A DNA stretch of 32,456 nt from Pseudomonadota bacterium (GTDB taxonomy: Bacteria; Bdellovibrionota_B; Oligoflexia; Oligoflexales; CAIYRB01), in NCBI GenBank assembly GCA_031416315.1, contig JANOTL010000176.1, forward strand, positions 1-32,456, given 5' to 3'. The position numbers were made by a program, and so were the translations under genes. The notes beneath the pieces are model-generated. The model saw only the letters and a list, made by a program, of their open reading frames with translations. It had not been told where the DNA came from and ran no database searches. Shown here piece after piece: positions 26,963 through 32,456 of the stretch; within the stretch, counting starts at the first letter, position 1; each line of letters begins with the position of its first letter.

Positions 26963-28639
26963 ATGCGAATCAAGATCCTATGTCTCATCCTCGCGGCTCT
27001 CTTCGCGTCGTCTGCCCATGCGCAGGTCGACGCCTTATCTCAAATCGTCGACGCCGCAGATGCCGCAGCCGACGACAAGAACTACGCCGACGCGATCAAG
27101 CGCTACAGGGCCGCGCTCGACCTCGCCAAGCGCGAAGGCCGCAAGGACCGGGCCGTCGACATCACCAACGACCTGATCGCGACGCACTACGCGAGCGGCG
27201 ACCTCAAGTCCGCGCTCGAGATGCAGAAGGAGCTCCTTTCGCGCTCCCTCGAGCGCGACCAGCCGCTCGTCTCGGCCGACGCGGCGATGAAGACCGCCGT
27301 GCTCGCGGTCAAGCTGCGCCTGCCACGCGAGGCTGAGCGCCAACTGCAGTACGCGGAAGTGATTTTCACCGAGGCGCATCTCGACGCCAGCCTCGGCAAA
27401 GTCTACTTCTACAAGGCCCTTGTCGAGCAGGCGAACCGCAACTACGACAAGACCGTGCTCAATTTCCAACGGTCCCGCGAGCTCTATCGCGGCGTCGGCC
27501 AGCCGATCGAAGCGGCGCTGCGCATCCTCGACGTCGCCAACGTCTACAAGGAGTTCCTGAGCCGGTTCGAAGAAGCCCTCTTCCTTTACGACGAGGCCAC
27601 GACCGAGCTCGAGGCCGCCGGAGCCCATGACCTTGCCCTCGACGTCCGCATCGACAAGGGCAATACGCTGGTCGACGTCGGCCAAATCGAAAATGCGCTC
27701 GACTTGCTCACCGAGACGCTGGGGCGCATCAGTCGCGCGAAGGCAGCCCGGTCCTGGATTCGCGCCTCGCAGATGCTGGCAAAGGCCCACTATCGGGCCG
27801 GCAACTTCCGCGACGTCGAGCGCCACATCGGCAACATCCTCGCCGCTCTCCAGTTGATCTCCGACGCGAAGCAGCGTGCCGCCCACGAGATCGACGCGCT
27901 GAACCTACGCGCGATGGTCGCCGCCGAGCTCGGCCGCTTCGACGTCGCCTTCAAAGATTTCGCCGCTGCCATCAGCACCGCGACCGCCAACGACCTGAAG
28001 GCTAAGCAAGCCTACCTCCACAACAACGTCGGCTACTGGATGCGCGAGCAAGGTCGCCACGCCGACGCCGCCAAATCGCACGAAAAAGCGCTCGAGATCG
28101 ACCGCGAGCTCGCGTCGCAGGAAGGCGTCGCCTACGACCTGCGCAACCTCGGCTTGGCCAAGCTCGAAAGCGGCGAGCTCGAGTACGCCGCAGAGCTCCT
28201 CACCGAGGCGCTCGAAATCAGCCTCACGGTCGGCGGCGCCTACAACACCGCATACACCTATCTCGGCCTCGGCGAGCTTCGGCTGAAACAAGGCGACTAT
28301 CCGAAGGCCGCCTCGCAGTTTCTGAAAGCCGTCGAGCTCGCCGAGAAGAACGCGCTCCGCAACTTCGCCTGGCAGGCCCACGCCGGCTTTGCCCAAGCCG
28401 CGTGGCAACAGAACGACGCGAAGGCCGCGGACGAGCACTTCAAGCGCGCCGTCGAGCTCATCGAGAAGCTGGCGTCCCAGCTCGCCGAGGGTGAGGCCCG
28501 GCAGGACTTCAAAGCCTCGGCGCGCGTGCAGAAAGTCTATACGAGCTACGAGGGCCTCCTGCGGCGCATCGGACGCACCGCGGACGCCGACGCCCTCCGC
28601 CTGCGCGCCCAGCCAAAAGCCGGCGCGGGAGTCCTTTGA
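26963..28639 (+). CDS. Exported tetratricopeptide-repeat protein
   Basis: Signal peptide AHA-Q; ~40-aa helical repeats (HNNVG, LRNLG, YLGLG...A....KALEI). Confidence 0.88.
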   Translation: MRIKILCLILAALFASSAHAQVDALSQIVDAADAAADDKNYADAIKRYRAALDLAKREGRKDRAVDITNDLIATHYASGDLKSALEMQKELLSRSLERDQPLVSADAAMKTAVLAVKLRLPREAERQLQYAEVIFTEAHLDASLGKVYFYKALVEQANRNYDKTVLNFQRSRELYRGVGQPIEAALRILDVANVYKEFLSRFEEALFLYDEATTELEAAGAHDLALDVRIDKGNTLVDVGQIENALDLLTETLGRISRAKAARSWIRASQMLAKAHYRAGNFRDVERHIGNILAALQLISDAKQRAAHEIDALNLRAMVAAELGRFDVAFKDFAAAISTATANDLKAKQAYLHNNVGYWMREQGRHADAAKSHEKALEIDRELASQEGVAYDLRNLGLAKLESGELEYAAELLTEALEISLTVGGAYNTAYTYLGLGELRLKQGDYPKAASQFLKAVELAEKNALRNFAWQAHAGFAQAAWQQNDAKAADEHFKRAVELIEKLASQLAEGEARQDFKASARVQKVYTSYEGLLRRIGRTADADALRLRAQPKAGAGVL

Positions 28640-31185
28640 TGCAGATCGTCATCCGTTACGGCGGCATCGTCATCCTCGACAAAAGCCTGGAGCCGGGCGA
28701 ATACCTGATCGGCCGCGGCGCCGGCTGTCACATCCGATTGCACGAAGCGATGCTCTCGCGGCGCGCCGCTCGCATTTTCTTCGCCGACGACGTGTGGTGG
28801 TTCGAGGACCTCCGCCCGAGCGCGAGCGGCGGCCGCACGCCGTTCACCGGAGCAAGCCACATCAGCCTCGGCAACAATCTCGAGATCGTCGGCGCCGAGC
28901 TTGTCGAGAAGGAGACCACGCGCTCGGACCACCTCACCGACATCAAAGCTGCCATGCGCGTCGCCGGCACGCGCGACCTCTCGATGACGACGAAGCTCGC
29001 GATCCTCTTCGCGCTCCTCGTCCTCGGGGTGGGCGCAGGCGGCGGCTTTCTATATTGGCAGGGGATGCAGCCGATGGACGCGAATGCGCTTCTCGCCTTC
29101 GCCAAGCCGCGCATCGTCGAGTTCGAGCTCCCGCGCGAAACCAAGGGCCAAGCCGATCTGCGGAAGTACGCGGAGCTGAAAGACGAGGATTTCACCGACA
29201 CACTCGGCTTCTGCACTGGCTTCATCGTCGACAAGGGCATCGTCGCGACCGCCAATCACTGCGTGCAAGGCACCGTTCCTTTTGGTGTTTTCGGTGCGTT
29301 CAAGCTGAAGACCCACGACGGCAAGCACCACGAGGTGAAGCGCATCCTCGGCTTCGACATAAAGCGAGACTATGCGTTCCTCGAGGTGCCGAGCCTCGAG
29401 GCCTACGGCGCCTTCGAGATCACCGAGGATTTCACCGTCGGTGGCAAGGTCTACACGCTCGGCAACGTCGCCGGCGAAGGCGTCGCCATCCGCGACGGCA
29501 TCATGGCCAACAAGACGCCCGATCAGGACGATCCCTCTGTAGAGTTCCTGCGCTATTCCGCCGCCGCCAGCCCCGGCAACAGCGGCGGCCCCCTCGTCGA
29601 CGGCTTCGGCCGCGTCGTCGCCCTCGTCTTCGCCCGCGCCTCGCTCTCCGAGAACTACAACTTGGGCACCTCGGGCAAGGACCTTCGCGAAGCGAAGAAG
29701 CGCTTCGTCGACGACCGCAACGCGAAAAAGGTCACGATTCGCGTCAAAGACATCATGCAGTTCCGCGGCGAATCACTCTTCCACTACCTCCGCATCCCTT
29801 CGGATATGAGTTGGCGCGAGAATCCGGAATCCTTGCGCCCTCTCGACGCAATCCAAGCGGAAATCGAGGTGCCTGCCGAGCCTGCGGCCTTCACCGCCGC
29901 GGTCGTCGCCACGATGAACGGCGCCACACTTAGCGCCTACGAGCAGATCGTGAGCGCCAACAAGGCGTCCGGCGGCGACTGGTCCGCTTTTCTCGACTCC
30001 AAGCGCCCGGCGATCGCACCGGCGCAATTCTTCGGCGACGCCTACTACGACCTTCCGGGCTCTCCCGACGGCAAGACGTTGAAGACCACGGCCGGCATCC
30101 TCCAGCCGCCCTGCAGCTGCATACTCCGCCCAAAATCCGAGAGCGAAGGCGCCGAAACCGAGGCCGAGCCCTTCCGCGCCGAGCAGGTCTCCACCGAGGT
30201 CAATAACGAGAAGCGCACGCTCAGCATGTATTCTTACCGCCCGCTCGTAAATCTCGCGCCCTCGCTCGATACGCCGGCAATCATGAAGTTGGTTACGGGC
30301 AAAGAAGGTTTGATCGCCAGCACCGCCTCGCAGTACGTGCGCCCGAAGTCGCAGCGCGAGTTCACCATCAAGGAGCTGAGCGAGGAGCTGAAAGAAGAGG
30401 CGATCGTCGACGACCTAGGCCGCACCTGGCAGGTCCGCACGTTCGAGCTCTTCGACCAGTACGCGATCGAGAGCTACTGCCTTCCCCTGCCCGAGGGCCA
30501 CCTCTGCCTGACTTCGAACGCCGCCATGACCAGCCCCGATCTCGTCGCCGCCGGCCGCAAGAACTTCGCGCGCTTCTCGCTTTCGCCCTACCTCGTCGCG
30601 CCGACTTTCTGGACGACCGAAAAGCTCACGGCCTACTTCGAAAGCGGGCAGCATAAGTCCGATCCGATGATGCAGGACTTTAAGATCGAGAAGAGCGCCG
30701 CTGGCGATCTCGTCGTCACCATGCAGAGCCTCGGCGTCTCGTTCACCCATCCGGCCGACGACCTCCCCGCGCAGCTCCGCCTAACGGCCGCCCTCGTCAA
30801 GAGTCCGCAGGGTCTGCCGGTCTGGAAGGCCATCAGCCATCAGATCTTCCTGCCTGACGACGGGGAGCCTCGCGTCTGCGACTACGGCGTCGAGATCCCC
30901 GACTCCGCGACCGTTCCGATGATTCACAACGCGCGCCGGCAAGAGCAGATGATGAAAACGATGTTGAAAAAGGACAAGAACGACGACACCAAGATCCGCT
31001 TGGCCGACGTCAAAGTCCCGGAAGACAAGTTCTTCGTCGCCCCTGCCGCCCGCGACGGCGAGAAGTTCAATGTCTTCGGGTACTGCATCCCGTTGCACAA
31101 GACGAGCACGACCGCGACCGAGCGTCTTTATGAGGTGGGCTCGTACGAGGTCAAACCTTCGAAGATCCCTTATAAGGTCTTCTGA
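28639..31185 (+). CDS. FHA-like domain - TM - trypsin-like serine protease - unknown C-terminal region
   Basis: TGATG coupling; IGRG..CHIRL...LSRRAARI (FHA-like); TM LAILFALLVLGVGAGGGFLYW; TANHC, RDYAFL, SPGNSGGP triad. Confidence 0.88.
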   Translation: MQIVIRYGGIVILDKSLEPGEYLIGRGAGCHIRLHEAMLSRRAARIFFADDVWWFEDLRPSASGGRTPFTGASHISLGNNLEIVGAELVEKETTRSDHLTDIKAAMRVAGTRDLSMTTKLAILFALLVLGVGAGGGFLYWQGMQPMDANALLAFAKPRIVEFELPRETKGQADLRKYAELKDEDFTDTLGFCTGFIVDKGIVATANHCVQGTVPFGVFGAFKLKTHDGKHHEVKRILGFDIKRDYAFLEVPSLEAYGAFEITEDFTVGGKVYTLGNVAGEGVAIRDGIMANKTPDQDDPSVEFLRYSAAASPGNSGGPLVDGFGRVVALVFARASLSENYNLGTSGKDLREAKKRFVDDRNAKKVTIRVKDIMQFRGESLFHYLRIPSDMSWRENPESLRPLDAIQAEIEVPAEPAAFTAAVVATMNGATLSAYEQIVSANKASGGDWSAFLDSKRPAIAPAQFFGDAYYDLPGSPDGKTLKTTAGILQPPCSCILRPKSESEGAETEAEPFRAEQVSTEVNNEKRTLSMYSYRPLVNLAPSLDTPAIMKLVTGKEGLIASTASQYVRPKSQREFTIKELSEELKEEAIVDDLGRTWQVRTFELFDQYAIESYCLPLPEGHLCLTSNAAMTSPDLVAAGRKNFARFSLSPYLVAPTFWTTEKLTAYFESGQHKSDPMMQDFKIEKSAAGDLVVTMQSLGVSFTHPADDLPAQLRLTAALVKSPQGLPVWKAISHQIFLPDDGEPRVCDYGVEIPDSATVPMIHNARRQEQMMKTMLKKDKNDDTKIRLADVKVPEDKFFVAPAARDGEKFNVFGYCIPLHKTSTTATERLYEVGSYEVKPSKIPYKVF

Positions 31186-31778
31186 TTCGCGCGCCGCTCA
31201 CGCTGGATCTGCCCGCGTATCCGGCTGAGGGACACCGGCGTGATCCCAAGGTGAGCCGCGAGGTCGACGTGGGCGATCCGGCTCATGAGCTCGCCGCGCT
31301 CTGCCAAGAAAAGCAGGTAGCGCTCCTTGGCGGTCATCGTCAGGAGCTGAAGCTCGCGCTTCGATAGTTTTACGATGAGGGCCTCCAGCACCCGCCGCGC
31401 CAGCGTTTGAAACGCCGGCGTCGACTTCGTGGCCTGCTGATATCGCTCGAACGTCATGAAGGACACGACTCCGTCTTCGATTGCCTCGCAGTACAAGCCG
31501 CTTGGCTTGCCCTCGACCATGGCGGCGTAGTCGGAGACAAACTCCCCCTCGGCAAGGAATTCGAGCACGAAGGGCGTCCCGCGCGAGTCCTGCCCGTGCA
31601 GCTTGAAGAGCCCCTTGTCCACGAACCCGAGGTGCGCGGCCGGAGCGCCGACCTCGAAGAAGCACTTTCCGGCCGGGATCGCGCGCGTTTGGACGTCCGC
31701 GCTCAGTTCGTGGAGGCTCGCCTCGGAGACTTCGGAGTGCGCGCGCAGAAATTCCACGAAGCCTTTGTAGTCGTCCAT
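31170..31778 (-). CDS. Crp/Fnr family transcriptional regulator
   Basis: cNMP-binding fold (G..FFEVG, FVDKGLFK, F.AEGEF, EAIED); TAKERY; HTH LAAHLGITPVSLSRIR. GAGGT RBS supports ATG 31778 over 31814. Confidence 0.93.
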   Translation of the reverse strand: MDDYKGFVEFLRAHSEVSEASLHELSADVQTRAIPAGKCFFEVGAPAAHLGFVDKGLFKLHGQDSRGTPFVLEFLAEGEFVSDYAAMVEGKPSGLYCEAIEDGVVSFMTFERYQQATKSTPAFQTLARRVLEALIVKLSKRELQLLTMTAKERYLLFLAERGELMSRIAHVDLAAHLGITPVSLSRIRGQIQRERRANQKTL

Positions 31779-31807
31779 GCTCGCGACCTCACTGTGATTC
31801 TCGAATT

Positions 31808-31821
31808 TTATCATATGTTAT
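31808..31821. promoter_or_regulatory. Imperfect palindrome, candidate Crp/Fnr-family operator
   Basis: TTATCATATGTTAT, AT-rich, between the regulator and the divergent lipoprotein gene. Confidence 0.45.
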
Positions 31822-31885
31822 CGAGTCGCGGCGGGGCTTCCCTTACCCTCCGGGTCGGTTCGAAACTCGAAAACCGGAGTCAAAA

Positions 31886-32456
31886 ATGTCGAACACCTCC
31901 CTCTTGACCTTGGCCCTCGTCACCTTCTTCACTGCATCCGGATGCGGCGCCAAAGCCGGCGGCAATTCAGCAGTCAAAGCGGCATCCGACACGCTCACCA
32001 TCGACGTCACCGCCGACCTGCGTCCGAACATCGAAGCGCTCCTCGCGACCCTGGCCGCCGCCGCCGACGGCACCGGCGATCTCCACGTCGCCGACCTGGC
32101 GAGCATCGTCAAATTCGCCGCGATCGACGCCGACGTCTTCTCTTCCGCCTATCCGACGGCGCTCAAAGTTTCCTGCGACGCGGGACCGTGCGCATCGAGC
32201 GGCACCGGCACGGCCGCGAAGGCTCCGATCATCGCCGAGTCGCCCGATCTCGCCGGCGTCTCGATGGGCGTCAAGAAGGCGCTCAGCGCCGAGTTCAAAA
32301 CCCTGACGCCCGGTCAAAGCGCCCTCGTCTGCAACGTCGACGGCGTCTATTTCTCGAAGCTGATCGCTCGCAAGAACCTCAAAGCTTTCAGGATCGATCT
32401 GACCCCGACTGCGGGCACGGTCAAAGTCTGGCTCGCCGGCGCCAGCGACATTCCAA
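31886..32456 (+). CDS. Hypothetical lipoprotein (3' end runs off window)
   Basis: Not in the ORF track; GGAG RBS; MSNTSLLTLALVTFFTASG-C; open to the edge. Confidence 0.8.
   Translation, partial: MSNTSLLTLALVTFFTASGCGAKAGGNSAVKAASDTLTIDVTADLRPNIEALLATLAAAADGTGDLHVADLASIVKFAAIDADVFSSAYPTALKVSCDAGPCASSGTGTAAKAPIIAESPDLAGVSMGVKKALSAEFKTLTPGQSALVCNVDGVYFSKLIARKNLKAFRIDLTPTAGTVKVWLAGASDIP

Overview
GC-rich bacterial chromosomal window. The gene content (DUF4360 paralogues, trypsin lipoproteins, CHASE2-SpoIIE, many FliA-type promoter motifs) suggests Bdellovibrionota/Oligoflexia or a related lineage; this is inference only. A compact housekeeping core (acpP-rpiB-glyA-nrdR-riboflavin synthase, plus a coupled arylamine N-acetyltransferase) is surrounded almost entirely by exported-protein genes. 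These encode a CxxCH lipoprotein, a lipoprotein with a phospho-His swivel domain ahead of a PPDK-type ATP-grasp domain, an AsmA protein with a collagen-like insert, four tandem DUF4360-like proteins, an LpxH-like phosphoesterase, a FadL-like barrel, a CHASE2-PP2C sensor, an FN3 lipoprotein, a trypsin lipoprotein, a CHAT-less TPR protein coupled to an FHA-TM-S1 protease, and a Crp/Fnr regulator. The most notable observations are: (1) a four-paralogue DUF4360 operon arranged like a major/minor/tip-subunit fibre locus behind a sigma54-like promoter; (2) a ~1 kb single-gene islet bounded by a 33-bp direct repeat; (3) an exported PEP-synthase-like kinase; (4) recurring sigma28-type promoters. No rRNA, tRNA, CRISPR array, integrase or transposase was seen. 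All domain calls come from motif recognition by eye, not from database searches.
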